DNA of 64,000 nt from the NCBI GenBank assembly GCA_003551365.1, contig PUMM01000141.1:369-64368 (forward strand). The letters are read 5' to 3'. A program made the position numbers and the translations under genes. The first letter of the stretch is position 1; each line of letters starts with the position of its first letter. Origin of the DNA: Clostridia bacterium (GTDB taxonomy: Bacteria > Bacillota > Sulfobacillia > SLMV01). Under the pieces are notes generated by a model that saw only the letters and a program-made list of their open reading frames with translations, was not told the origin of the DNA and ran no database searches. This document shows, one piece after another, positions 18,597 to 28,391 of this stretch.

Positions 18597-19775
18597 TTGA
18601 CAGAAACCGTCATCGTCAGTGCAGTCCGCACGCCTTTCGGCCGTTTCGGCGGAGGGCTGGCCGGCATGCCCGCGGTGCAGCTGGGTGCCCTCACCATAGA
18701 GGAGGCGGTGCGCCGGAGCAGATTTGATCCGGACGAAGTTGACTACGTGCTGCAGGGTATGGTGCTGCAGGCCGGTGCGGGGCAGATACCCTCACGACAG
18801 GCCGCGGTTAGGGGCGGACTGCCAGTATCGGTTCCCTCCGACACAGTAAACAAGGTGTGCGCCTCCAGCCTGCGCACCGTGAATCTGGCCGATCTGATGA
18901 TTAAAACGGGCCAGGCATCGGTGACCGTGGCGGGAGGAATGGAGAGCATGAGCCGCGTTCCCTATCTCCTGCGGGATGCTCGCTGGGGATACCGGATGGG
19001 AGACCAGAAGGTGGAGGACGGCATGATAGTGGACGGCCTGTGGTGCAGCTTCGGTGACTGTCACATGGGCGTCTACGGAGGCGAGGTGGCCGAGGAATTC
19101 GGTGTGAGCCGCGAGGAGCAGGACGAGTGGGCTCTGCGCTCGCATCGTCTGGCTGATGCAGCCTGGCAGGATGGCAGGTTTGCCGATGAGGTGATGCCGG
19201 TAGAGGCGCCCGGCCCCAAAGGGTCCACGGTCACTGTGGACCGGGACGAGTCCATTCGTCCCGACACATCCATGGAGAAGCTGCAGAAGCTCCCTCCGGT
19301 GTTCAGTAGGGACGGCACGGTGACGGCAGGGAATGCACCTGGCCTGAACGACGGCGCGGGAGCCCTGGTGGTCACTTCAGCGGAGCGGGCGCGTTCTGCA
19401 GGGGTTCAACCCCTGGCCGAGGTTATCTCCGGGGGGCAGGTGTCAGAGGAAGCGCGTTATCTACATACTGTGCCGTACCGGTCGGCCAGACAGGCGCTAC
19501 AGAGAGCGGGCATGAAGTTTTCTGACGTGGATCTGTTTGAGATTAATGAGGCCTTCGCCGCCGTGCCACTGGTGAGTATGCAGCTGGGTGAGCTGGATCC
19601 GGAGACAGTGAATGTGAATGGTGGCGCCGTGGCCATGGGACATCCAATCGGCGCCAGCGGAGCGCGCATACTCATGACCCTGATCTACGAACTGCGCCGT
19701 CGGGGTGGTGGCGTGGGTGTCGCTGCCCTGTGCAGCGGAGGTGGACAGGGCGAGGCAACAGTAATAAAGGTGTGA
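18597..19775 (+). CDS. acetyl-CoA C-acetyltransferase (thiolase II)
   Basis: TTG start after AGGAGG. VIVSAVRTPFGRFGG, NKVCASSLR (active-site Cys), NVNGGAVAMGHPIGASG and CSGGGQG are thiolase signatures. Confidence 0.9.
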   Translation: MTETVIVSAVRTPFGRFGGGLAGMPAVQLGALTIEEAVRRSRFDPDEVDYVLQGMVLQAGAGQIPSRQAAVRGGLPVSVPSDTVNKVCASSLRTVNLADLMIKTGQASVTVAGGMESMSRVPYLLRDARWGYRMGDQKVEDGMIVDGLWCSFGDCHMGVYGGEVAEEFGVSREEQDEWALRSHRLADAAWQDGRFADEVMPVEAPGPKGSTVTVDRDESIRPDTSMEKLQKLPPVFSRDGTVTAGNAPGLNDGAGALVVTSAERARSAGVQPLAEVISGGQVSEEARYLHTVPYRSARQALQRAGMKFSDVDLFEINEAFAAVPLVSMQLGELDPETVNVNGGAVAMGHPIGASGARILMTLIYELRRRGGGVGVAALCSGGGQGEATVIKV

Positions 19776-19805
19776 CACGAACAGCGTCTGCGGGAGGTGC
19801 ATACG

Positions 19806-20654
19806 GTGAAGACCGTATTTGTGGCGGGAGCCGGCCGGATGGGCGCGGGAATTGCCCAGGTCGCCGCCGGTGCTGGTCATGAGGTGATTCTTTACGACCT
19901 GACGCAGGAGTTGGCCAATGGGGGACTGAAGGCCATCGATAAGTCCCTGCAGCGTGCGACTGACAGGGGACATGTGACTTCGCAAGAGGCTGACGGCATA
20001 CTGCAGCGCATCACAACCACCGCCGATCTGTCGCGGGCCGAGCCTGCCGATTTCGTGCTGGAGGCCATAATCGAGGACCTTTCGGCCAAGAAAGAGCTGT
20101 TCGGGGAGCTGGACGGGATCTGCCGCGAGGACGTGATCCTGGCAACCAACACCTCATCTCTCTCCGTGACCGATATGGCCGAGGCCACCTCCCGTCCCCA
20201 CCGGTTCATTGGGATCCACTTCATGAATCCGGTTCCGGTCATGCAACTGGTGGAGCTGGTCCGCGGCCTCAAGACCTGTGACGAGGCATTTGCAGCGGGG
20301 GAGGAGTTGGTGCGAGGTATGGGGAAGAAGCCGGTTGCGGTGCGGGACCTTCCGGGTTTCGTCGTCAATCGGTTGCTGATTCCCATGATCAATGAAGCAG
20401 TGGCCTGTCTCGACCAACGACTGGCTTCGGCAGAGGACATCGATCGAGCCATGTCTCTGGGGGCCAACCATCCCCTGGGACCCCTGGCCCTGGGAGATAT
20501 GATCGGACTTGATGTGGTGTTGGCGATAATGCGCACTCTGCACGAGGGTTTCGGGGAGGATAGATACCGGCCGCACCCACTTCTGGTCAAGATGGTGGAA
20601 TCCGGCCAGCTGGGCCGCAAAACGGGAGTGGGCTTCTACGATTACTGGGGGTGA
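19806..20654 (+). CDS. hbd: 3-hydroxybutyryl-CoA dehydrogenase
   Basis: Track ORF 19797..20654; GTG 19806 sits 8 nt after GGGAGG. VFVAGAGRMGAGIAQV Rossmann fold, NTSSLS, HFMNPVPVM and GFVVNRLL are motifs of the HAD family. Confidence 0.9.
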   Translation: MKTVFVAGAGRMGAGIAQVAAGAGHEVILYDLTQELANGGLKAIDKSLQRATDRGHVTSQEADGILQRITTTADLSRAEPADFVLEAIIEDLSAKKELFGELDGICREDVILATNTSSLSVTDMAEATSRPHRFIGIHFMNPVPVMQLVELVRGLKTCDEAFAAGEELVRGMGKKPVAVRDLPGFVVNRLLIPMINEAVACLDQRLASAEDIDRAMSLGANHPLGPLALGDMIGLDVVLAIMRTLHEGFGEDRYRPHPLLVKMVESGQLGRKTGVGFYDYWG

Positions 20655-20671
20655 GGTTTTTGTCTGCAAAG

Positions 20672-21433
20672 ATGGTGCTCTGGGAGCTGCAGGACTCGAT
20701 CGGAATCCTTACACTGAACAGGCCGAACCAGCTGAATGCCATGAACCATCGCCTGCTGGAGGAATTCGGAACGGTGCTGGAAGAGGAAGCTGCCGATGAG
20801 GATGTGCGCGCGGTGGTCATAACAGGCGCCGGAGACCGGGCCTTCGCTGCCGGGGCCGACCTCGGGGTTATGAAGGACTTCGATGAAGAGGAGGCCAGGG
20901 AGTGGTCCCTGTTGGGGCAGCGAGCGTTCTCGGCTGTGGAGGATCTGGGCAAGCCCGTGGTGGCAGCAGTAAACGGTTTTGCCCTCGGGGGCGGCTGTGA
21001 GCTGGCCCTGGCCTGCGACCTGCGGATTGCCTCGGAGAACGCCGTTCTGGGTCAACCGGAGGTTTCCCTGGGCATTCCACCGGGATTCGGAGCCAGCTAT
21101 CGGCTGCCGCGTGTGGTGGGCCAGGGAGTAGCTCGCGACCTTCTCCTCACCGGCCGGCAGCTGGATGCCGCTGCGGCCCGGGATATCGGTCTGGTTTCGG
21201 AGGTGGTCCCGGCGGATGAGCTCATGGAGACGTCCCGACGTCGCGCTGGGCAGATTGCCCGGCACGGTCCGACGGCAGTGCAGCTGGTGAAAGAACTGCT
21301 GGCACGCGGTGCTGGGTTGGGCCGGGAAGAGGCCACCCAGCTGGAGGCATCCAGCTTCTCCCGCGCCTATGGAACTGACGAACCGCACGAGGGGATGAGT
21401 GCCTTTCTGCAGAAGCGCGATCCCCATTTCTGA
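20672..21433 (+). CDS. crt: enoyl-CoA hydratase (crotonase)
   Basis: Track ORF 20651..21433; ATG 20672 gives MVLWELQDSIGILTLNRPNQLNAM, a typical crotonase N-terminus. Also VITGAGDRAFAAGADL and AAVNGFALGGGCELALACD. Start is uncertain (weak SD). Confidence 0.85.
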   Translation: MVLWELQDSIGILTLNRPNQLNAMNHRLLEEFGTVLEEEAADEDVRAVVITGAGDRAFAAGADLGVMKDFDEEEAREWSLLGQRAFSAVEDLGKPVVAAVNGFALGGGCELALACDLRIASENAVLGQPEVSLGIPPGFGASYRLPRVVGQGVARDLLLTGRQLDAAAARDIGLVSEVVPADELMETSRRRAGQIARHGPTAVQLVKELLARGAGLGREEATQLEASSFSRAYGTDEPHEGMSAFLQKRDPHF

Positions 21434-21437
21434 GACC

Positions 21438-21474
21438 GGAGGGTGCGCGGCGGTGCGGGAGTCGTGCACCCTCC
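21438..21474 (+). terminator. 9-bp hairpin immediately after crt
   Basis: GGAGGGTGC (21438-21446) pairs with GCACCCTCC (21466-21474), starting 5 nt after the stop; no U-tract. Confidence 0.4.
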
Positions 21475-21969
21475 CGAACGCCTGCCGTGCATTGCTCCAT
21501 CCTCTCCAGAGCGCCCGGGGACCACATGCCGGGAGAGTTAACTGCACGCAAACTGTTCGTGCGCTCTCACCCTGCGGGCTGTCACTCCGTCATCCTGTCC
21601 ACAATTATCGACGTGCTCTAATCTGGTTCCGGGTCGATATGTCGGCAGAGCTGTACGGTGTTCTCCCCGTCTCAGCAGGCCAACTGTGACTGTAGGGTGA
21701 ACGGGTGTGCGACACCCATGATTGCACCGCGACTCGCGCTGTCGCTCATTTGCGGTATGCGCGCACCAGCTGATAGCCTGTGGGTTGTAGTGGTACCTGC
21801 GATTCGGTGCACCGGTTTGAGGTGACCGAAGTGGGGCCGCTTTTTGTTTTGAACTCGCTCGGCAATTGATGAAGGGAGATGTCAGCGATATCGGGAGCGA
21901 TGCCCTTGAGTGCATGCGGGGGAACTCGATAATGCGACATACCCGCAGTCGGGATGTGGTGCATCACTA

Positions 21970-22530
21970 GTGAGTGACCTGCTCAAGCACGTAGTGGTGG
22001 CCGACTCCATCGGCGTGATGCTGAACGCCTCAGAGAAGAAGACCAGTAACGTGGGCACGGCCTTCACCCTGGGTGTGGTGTCTCACGCCCTGATGGATGT
22101 GTCGGAACCGGATTACACCGTGAACTGGTTCGATTTCTACCATCTGGGGCAGGCAGCTCCGTTTCTCGGCCTGCAGGTGGGCGGCTTTGTCTTCGTCATG
22201 CGGATGGTATTTGCCGAGACGCGCAATGATCCGCGGGCGTTTCGCCTGCGCATGGCTGCCATCATTGGGGCAGTCATTCCGGATATCATTGACGGCATTT
22301 ATTCGGTGCTGAATCCACATGCCTGGTATTCGGGGCAGCTGCTCCTGCCGTGGCATAACCGGACCTGGCAGGTGAATCCGATGTCCATGTGGGCGACATC
22401 AGCGCTGACGCTCCTGCTGCTGGCAGTCCGCTATCTGTCCGGATACGTTTTTCGTTTCTTGCGACGTCTCGCGGTTGGACTGTTCAGTCTGGTGTCGCAC
22501 ATCAACATATCATGGCCGTGGAGCGGCTGA
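21970..22530 (+). CDS. hypothetical integral membrane protein
   Basis: Track ORF 21910..22530. At least 4 hydrophobic segments (..TAFTLGVVSHALMDV.., ..FLGLQVGGFVFVMRMVF.., ..AAIIGAVIPDIIDGI.., ..ALTLLLLAVRYL..). Start codon not resolved (GTG 21970 chosen). No family recognised. Confidence 0.4.
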   Translation: MSDLLKHVVVADSIGVMLNASEKKTSNVGTAFTLGVVSHALMDVSEPDYTVNWFDFYHLGQAAPFLGLQVGGFVFVMRMVFAETRNDPRAFRLRMAAIIGAVIPDIIDGIYSVLNPHAWYSGQLLLPWHNRTWQVNPMSMWATSALTLLLLAVRYLSGYVFRFLRRLAVGLFSLVSHINISWPWSG

Positions 22531-22849
22531 GGAGGTGCCTCGTTCGGTGAGGAATCAATACTGCCGTGCCGGGCGGGAGATGACAGCAGATGATGGGGCT
22601 AGTATGATGAGGGTGCTCAGGCCTGTCCGGCTGCGGCCAGTGCATTTGCCGCTCTACGGTGGCGGGCATGGACCACCGGCAGAGAGCGGCCGGGGTGGGC
22701 AGCTCCGCTCCGGACGGTCGCAGGTACGGGGGAGACCGGGCAGATTGGTTGATGAACTCCGGGAGATTTGCATCCCCGATCGTTTGATGCAGCCTGGCTC
22801 TGCCGGTTCGGGCGAGTCACTATAGATCAGTCTCAGGGAGCGGCTTCTC

Positions 22850-23374
22850 ATGCGCAGATGGGTTCTGGACAAGGAAGGAGTTCCCCGGCCAGAAGTACTG
22901 GCTGCCGTGACGCTCGTGGTGGTGTTCACGGTGCTGCTTGGTCGGACCCTCATGATTGAACTGCGCCCGCACATCGACCCCGAGGATGGCAGAACGCGGG
23001 CACAGCTGGAAGATCAGGCCGAATTTGCCATAGGACATATCATGCGCCACGTCCGCGGGGCGGGTCGCGCCCGGGTAGTTGAGGGCGGTAGTGAGCTAAA
23101 AATATATCATGGAAAGATGGACGCAGAGATGGAGCCGCGTGATGTGTCGAAGGACCCGATTCATTTCTTCGTGAGTGAGGACCGGGACCTGATGGCCGAA
23201 CATGGAGGGGAGACGCGGGTTCTGGCACGTGATATCAGCCACGTTGAGTTTCATCCGCTATATGGTCAGTTCATCGGTATGTCCCTGCACGCCCAGGCGG
23301 ACGGGGAGCTGCTGGAGATTCGCGAGCGTCTCTGTCTGCGATATCCCCACGCACCCCATCCAGAGGAGAGATGA
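22850..23374 (+). CDS. orphan pseudopilin-like protein (degenerate prepilin N-terminus, PulJ/PilW-like body)
   Basis: N-terminus ..KEG|VPRPEVLAAVTLVVVFTVLLG has Gly at -1, Glu at +5 and a hydrophobic helix like class III signal peptides. The body pattern ..IHFFVSEDRDLMAEHGGETRVLARDISHVEFHP..IGMSLHAQ..LLEIRERLCLR resembles minor pilins. Confidence 0.4.
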   Translation: MRRWVLDKEGVPRPEVLAAVTLVVVFTVLLGRTLMIELRPHIDPEDGRTRAQLEDQAEFAIGHIMRHVRGAGRARVVEGGSELKIYHGKMDAEMEPRDVSKDPIHFFVSEDRDLMAEHGGETRVLARDISHVEFHPLYGQFIGMSLHAQADGELLEIRERLCLRYPHAPHPEER

Positions 23375-23448
23375 TCGTTACACGCGTGTGACGCCGGGCC
23401 CCTCCCGCCGAAGACGAACTGGAGGGCCTCCCGGAGGAGGATTGAGCA

Positions 23449-24680
23449 TCACGCATTGCAGATCGCGCCCGGCATCGTCCTTTTGATTCGCTGCAGGGTG
23501 TCCCTTACATTGTGGCCGATGATGCCCTCACCTGCGGGAAGTGCAAAGCCGCTCGCTGCCATGCGAGCCGCATTGATTGCCTCAACTGCTGCAGTGCTAC
23601 CCTTCAGTGCACAGCTGAGCCTGGCACCGTCCCACACCATTCCGTACAGGGAGCCCACCAGGGTGTTTATCGCGTGGGTGACACCCGTTTCGTCTCCGTC
23701 GGCCAGCCATAATACCGTTGCCCCGGCTGCGCCGGCCGCGGCACTCACCCCGACGCACGTGTGAGCCACCGCCTCCAGATGCGACTTGAAGTAGAGGTTG
23801 ATCGCATGGGCGCAGAGAACTGCGCGCATGGTCCGGTATTCGTCTGCCTCCAGCTCATCTGCCGTGAAGAGGAGGGGGATGCTCAGTATCAGAGTCTGAT
23901 TGCCGCTTCCTCCCGAGGTGAATATGGGACTTGCTGCCCCGCTCATCCGGGTCCATATGGCCGCCATGACCAGTTCGCGCACAGTGCAGTATGTGGGGTG
24001 ATCTGTCATGGTTGTGTACTGGCTTTCGCCCGAACAGGTTTGAATCTCTGCGTGCTTCCCGGGCCATGTTTCGGTTGGACCGAGCTCCTTCCAGCAGGTA
24101 GGCAGGCAACATCATCCGGGGGTATAGCTGCGACTTCCTCCAGTACCTCACAAAATCTGAGCTCCCGCAGGCGGCTCACCGGGACGGCATCCTCCTCCGG
24201 TTCGCCCGATGCAGTGCTTTCTCCGTTCTTTTTGACGCTCCTGATTGAGCCGTGATCACCCGAGATGACAGCTTCTGCGATATCATTTTCGCCGCGGGCA
24301 GCGACCCGGATGTAGACAGCCTCTGTCCGGGCGGCTGCGCAGACCTCTATCGACTGACTGTCCACCATGTGGTAGGCCCGCGCAATGTCTTCTGATGTGC
24401 AGTCCAGCAGCATTTTCAGTCTCTTTACCGCCCCACCGAGACCGTACGGGTGATGTGAGGTCTGCGTACCGCAGGCCGCGTTCCGACCCCCCGCGGTCCG
24501 GGTAACAGGAAATCCTGATATCGGCAAAGCCAGCAGCAGGAAAACATGATTCTTTGGCGAAATAAATGTTACATGGAGTGGCGAACCAGAGTGGTGGAGG
24601 AGGCGGCGATCGAGATGGAGGCGGCGGAGTTTGGAAATCGGCGGTGCTGGTGATCATGACGGAGAGGCCGGCTCGCGGCG
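23449..24680 (-). pseudogene. disrupted YhaM/CdsB-type (UPF0597, serine-dehydratase-alpha-like) L-cysteine desulfidase gene
   Basis: Track ORFs 24006..24527 and 23449..24009 plus the out-of-frame ORF 23855..24151 together tile the family. Blocks: ..ISPKN.., ..VISGDHGSIRSVKKNG.., [frameshift] ..LLEGARSNRNMAREA.., [frameshift] ..AAIWTRMSGAASPIFTSGGSGNQT.., ..GMVWDGARLSCALK... The GCTEPIS block is degraded to SPAPPIS just after a stop. CDGA has become WDGA. Confidence 0.6.
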
Positions 24681-24767
24681 CGGGTGTGTTTTTATTGCCC
24701 CGGGAGAGTGCAGCGATCGGGCCGGGAGCGGATAGGAACTCGCTATCGAGATAAGGAGGATGTGACT

Positions 24768-26426
24768 GTGCTGATTCGCGGTGGAGGATGCAGACCATTG
24801 TGGCTGACAGTGACGATCATCCTTGCGGCAGCTGTTATCGTCGCTGGATGCGGGCAGGATGCTGACGGTGATCTGGATGAGGAGAGGCGGGTTCCTGCCT
24901 TCGATCTTTGGATCACCTCGGCGGAATACGACGAGGTTCGGTATGAGGGAGGATTGCTCATACGCGATGCCTGGCAGGAGATCGGACTGGACGTGAACGT
25001 TGAGACCATGGAATGGGACCGGATGTCCGACCTGGGCATGCGGCAGCATGAGCATGACGTTTTTATGGTGCAGTGGGGGACGAGACCGGAGCGTTTCGAT
25101 CCCTATTACTGGTTCTACAGTCATCATCACTCCAGTCAGGACGTCGTGGGTGGATACAACATTCCAGGTTACAATAACCCGGAGTTCGATGAGCTGTGCG
25201 ACGAATTCATAAGCATACCCGATGAAGACAGAAGGAGAGAACTGGCTTTTCAGATGCAGGAGATTCTGGCGCATGATCAGCCCAACATTCCGCTTCTGCA
25301 CCGGGAAATCAACATTGGCTACAACAAGGAGACCTTCACAGGGCACGTGGTCTTCCCCGGCATGGGACTCAACAGCATATGGAACTGGATATCCATGGAG
25401 CCCCTCGGGGACAGGACGGATGTCTATCGCGGCTATCACGAAGACCTGGTGCTCCTCAACCCCCTGTCCACTCTGTCCGGGCAGGACCATTACGTGTTGA
25501 TGTGCCTGTATGATGAGCTGTTCAGAATACGGCCGGACGGGGAACTGGAGCCCTGGGCTGCAACTGAACTGAATGCCATTGATGATGTGACCTATGAGGT
25601 AACCCTGCGTGAGGGCATGACCTGGCATGATGGCGAGCCTGTGACGGTGGAGGATGTGAAGTTCACCTATGATCTGATCCAGGAGCTGAACGCTCCCTAC
25701 GCGGCATTTCGGATAGAGCATCTGGACAGCGTGGAGATCGTCAGTGATGACGTGCTCCGCTTCAACCTGCAGGAGCCTTTTGGCCCCTTCACCTATTACG
25801 GCCTCGCCAGCATATGGATACTTCCGCAGCACATATGGGAACCGAAGTACGAGGAGCTGGGAGAGGAGTTGCTGGACTGGAACAATCCCGAGGCCATCGG
25901 CAGCGGTCCCTTCAAGTTCGACTACTGGAGGCGCGATGAGGAGATGCGGCTGGAGGCCTTCCAGGATCACTTCCATCCGCCCAAGGTGGGCGGACGCGTT
26001 CACGTGGTATATGCGACTGGTTCCGCAGTGGTGGATGCGCTGCGCCAGGGCGACATAGACATTGCGGGTTGGGAACTCACCGCACTGGAGTACGAGCAGG
26101 TGCAGGACGAGGATCACGTGGGCATAATGGAAGTTGAGGAGCTCGGCGCATATTTCATCCACCTCAACACCAGGCGCGAGCCCATGGATCGGGTGGAAAT
26201 CAGGCGGGCAATGGCGGCCGCCACCCCCAAGCAGCGAATAGCGGATGTAGTGATGGAAGGGTTCGGTGTCCCGGCCAACTCGGTGGTAGCTCCGGCCAAC
26301 GAGTTCTGGCATAATCCCGACGTGGAGAAGTTCGGGGACGATGTCGAGCGGGCCCGGGAAATACTGGAGGAAGCCGGCTATGAATGGTGTGAGGACGGCT
26401 ACCTGCACTATCCGGCCGACGAATGA
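24768..26426 (+). CDS. ABC transporter substrate-binding lipoprotein, family 5 (peptide/nickel/opine type)
   Basis: Track ORF 24684..26426; GTG 24768 sits 8 nt after AAGGAGG. Signal peptide ending in lipobox IVAGC. About 550 aa with a family-5 SBP layout, and it leads a DppBCDF-like operon. Confidence 0.8.
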   Translation: MLIRGGGCRPLWLTVTIILAAAVIVAGCGQDADGDLDEERRVPAFDLWITSAEYDEVRYEGGLLIRDAWQEIGLDVNVETMEWDRMSDLGMRQHEHDVFMVQWGTRPERFDPYYWFYSHHHSSQDVVGGYNIPGYNNPEFDELCDEFISIPDEDRRRELAFQMQEILAHDQPNIPLLHREINIGYNKETFTGHVVFPGMGLNSIWNWISMEPLGDRTDVYRGYHEDLVLLNPLSTLSGQDHYVLMCLYDELFRIRPDGELEPWAATELNAIDDVTYEVTLREGMTWHDGEPVTVEDVKFTYDLIQELNAPYAAFRIEHLDSVEIVSDDVLRFNLQEPFGPFTYYGLASIWILPQHIWEPKYEELGEELLDWNNPEAIGSGPFKFDYWRRDEEMRLEAFQDHFHPPKVGGRVHVVYATGSAVVDALRQGDIDIAGWELTALEYEQVQDEDHVGIMEVEELGAYFIHLNTRREPMDRVEIRRAMAAATPKQRIADVVMEGFGVPANSVVAPANEFWHNPDVEKFGDDVERAREILEEAGYEWCEDGYLHYPADE

Positions 26427-26521
26427 CGGGATGTTTGCTCGCACACGCACGGCAGATGGGGAATCTGCTGCCGTGCGTGTGTATTTTGCCAGGTCGACGT
26501 CGCGCATAAGGAGGTATGACG

Positions 26522-27502
26522 ATGGCGGGTCTGAGATCATTTCTTATCATGAGACTCGTTCACACCCTGATGGTTTTCTTTTTTCTGATCACCATACTGT
26601 TCTTCATGTTCTCCGTGCTTCCCGGCGACCCTCTCACCGTGTATGCGGACCTGGGACTGCCGGCGGACACGAGGCAGGCGATCATCGAGCGGTTTGGACT
26701 GGATCGGCCGCTGCACGTACAGTATTTCTCCTACATCACCAATGTGATCAGAGGAGATTTTGGATCATCCTTTCACTATCGACAACCTGTATGGCAGATC
26801 GTGCAGGAGAAATTCTGGCCCACGGCCTGGCTCATGATGGCCTGCCTGGGCATTGCCTACTCGCTCGGCATAGTTCTGGGCTCCTTGCTGGCCCGTTATC
26901 GCGGCACGGCATTTGAAGCGCTGGGGATCACCTTTGCCCTGGTGTTTCGCTCGGCGCCCGTGTTCTGGAGTGGTCTGCTCGCAATATTGATATTTTCCCA
27001 CCGACTGGGATGGTTTCCTTCCGGCGGCATGTATTCCATAGGTCAGGATCTTCCCACCTGGAGCGATCGCTTTTTGAACCTGGAGTTCTTTCACCATCTG
27101 GCGCTACCGGCTTTCATCGGAGCGTTGTTTCGCATGGGGACTCCGCTGCTGCTGATGCGCAGCTCTCTCCTGGAGGTTCTGCGAGAGGGATATATTGACC
27201 TGGCCCGGGCCAAGGGGCTGCGCGAGCGGGTGGTTCTCTACCGTCACGCCATGCGCAACGCCATTTTGCCCATAGTCACTCTGTTTGCCATAGGTGTGGG
27301 TTTTGCCATGGGCGGATTCATGGTGCTGGAAGTGGTCTTCCGCTGGCCGGGCATGGGGCGGGAGATGGTGCGGGCGGTTGCGCGAAACGATTATCCTCTG
27401 GCCCAGGCCATCTTCTTCGCGATGGGAGCCCTGGTGGTGCTGCTGAATCTGGCGGCCGACCTGGTCTATGCGGTTCTGGACCCACGGATCTCGTACGAGT
27501 GA
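26522..27502 (+). CDS. ABC transporter permease (DppB/OppB-like)
   Basis: ATG 26522 is 7 nt after AAGGAGG. N-terminal FLIMRLVHTLMVFFFLITILFFMF and the EAA-type loop ..YIDLARAKGLRERVVLYRHAMRNA.. are typical of BPD permeases of the peptide family. Confidence 0.85.
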   Translation: MAGLRSFLIMRLVHTLMVFFFLITILFFMFSVLPGDPLTVYADLGLPADTRQAIIERFGLDRPLHVQYFSYITNVIRGDFGSSFHYRQPVWQIVQEKFWPTAWLMMACLGIAYSLGIVLGSLLARYRGTAFEALGITFALVFRSAPVFWSGLLAILIFSHRLGWFPSGGMYSIGQDLPTWSDRFLNLEFFHHLALPAFIGALFRMGTPLLLMRSSLLEVLREGYIDLARAKGLRERVVLYRHAMRNAILPIVTLFAIGVGFAMGGFMVLEVVFRWPGMGREMVRAVARNDYPLAQAIFFAMGALVVLLNLAADLVYAVLDPRISYE

Positions 27503-27515
27503 GAGAGGTGATTCG

Positions 27516-28376
27516 GTGAGCACAATACTCGGTCAGTTGGCCAACCTGCGCAAGGACAGACTCGGAGTTCTGGGGGTTGCAATATTTCTCTTGTTCGTCC
27601 TGATTGCCGTGTTCGCACCCTACATTGCTCCCTACGATCCCATGGAAATACTGGAAGACGAAGAGGGCAACATCATCCGCATGGTGCCCCCCTCTGCGAG
27701 TCACCTCTTTGGAACCACTCGTATGGGGCGGGACATTTTCAGTCAGGTGGTGTGGGGCAGCCGGGTCGCCATGCTGGTGGGGCTTCTGGCTTCTGTCATC
27801 GTGGTATTTTTGGGCTGCAACATTGGCTTGATCAGCGGGTTCTTTGGGGGCAAAACCGACAATATACTGATGCGCATAACCGACATATCGTACGGCCTTC
27901 CCTTTTTACCCTTTGCCATTATCCTGGTTGCCATACTGGGGCCGGGCCTCACCAACATTATTGTGACCATAAGTCTCATTATGTGGCGCACCACGGCACG
28001 GGTCATCCGCTCCCAGGTGCTGAGCATCAAGACGCGCGCCTTCGTCGAATCTGCGCGGGTGAGTGGAGCCAGTGACTGGCAAATACTCTACCAGCATGTT
28101 GCCCCCAACGTGATCCCGATTGCCTTCGTATACGTACCCCTCACCATGGCGGATGCCATCCTGACCGAGGCGAGTCTCAGCTTCCTCGGTTATGGCGACC
28201 CCATGTTGATGAGCTGGGGAAAAACCATCTATGAGGCGTGGACTGCCGGTGCAGTTTATGTTGCCTGGTGGTGGACGTTCTTCCCGGGCGTGGCCATCAT
28301 GCTGCTGGTTCTGTCCAGCTTCCTAACGGGGAGGGCCCTGGAGGAAATCGTCAATCCGAAACTACGTCAGCGTTAG
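27516..28376 (+). CDS. ABC transporter permease (DppC/OppC-like)
   Basis: GTG 27516 is 7 nt after GAGAGAGG. OppC_N-type N-terminus ..LGVAIFLLFVLIAVFAPYIAPYDP.., then ..HLFGTTRMGRDIFSQVVWG.. and ..AFVESARVSGASDWQILYQHVAPN... Confidence 0.85.
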   Translation: MSTILGQLANLRKDRLGVLGVAIFLLFVLIAVFAPYIAPYDPMEILEDEEGNIIRMVPPSASHLFGTTRMGRDIFSQVVWGSRVAMLVGLLASVIVVFLGCNIGLISGFFGGKTDNILMRITDISYGLPFLPFAIILVAILGPGLTNIIVTISLIMWRTTARVIRSQVLSIKTRAFVESARVSGASDWQILYQHVAPNVIPIAFVYVPLTMADAILTEASLSFLGYGDPMLMSWGKTIYEAWTAGAVYVAWWWTFFPGVAIMLLVLSSFLTGRALEEIVNPKLRQR

Positions 28377-28391
28377 AGGAGCTGGTCTATC

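Noticed and set aside
24654-26540. 628-aa reverse-strand ORF covering the whole substrate-binding-protein gene.
   Set aside because: Shadow ORF. There is no recognisable domain, and the sense-strand gene has a lipoprotein signal, an SD and operon context. The same reasoning applies to 28428..29729(-), 29707..30687(-), 30420..31241(-), 16503..17408(-), 54139..55116(-), 55372..56307(+), 40787..41704(+), 2478..3842(+) and 3981..4679(+).
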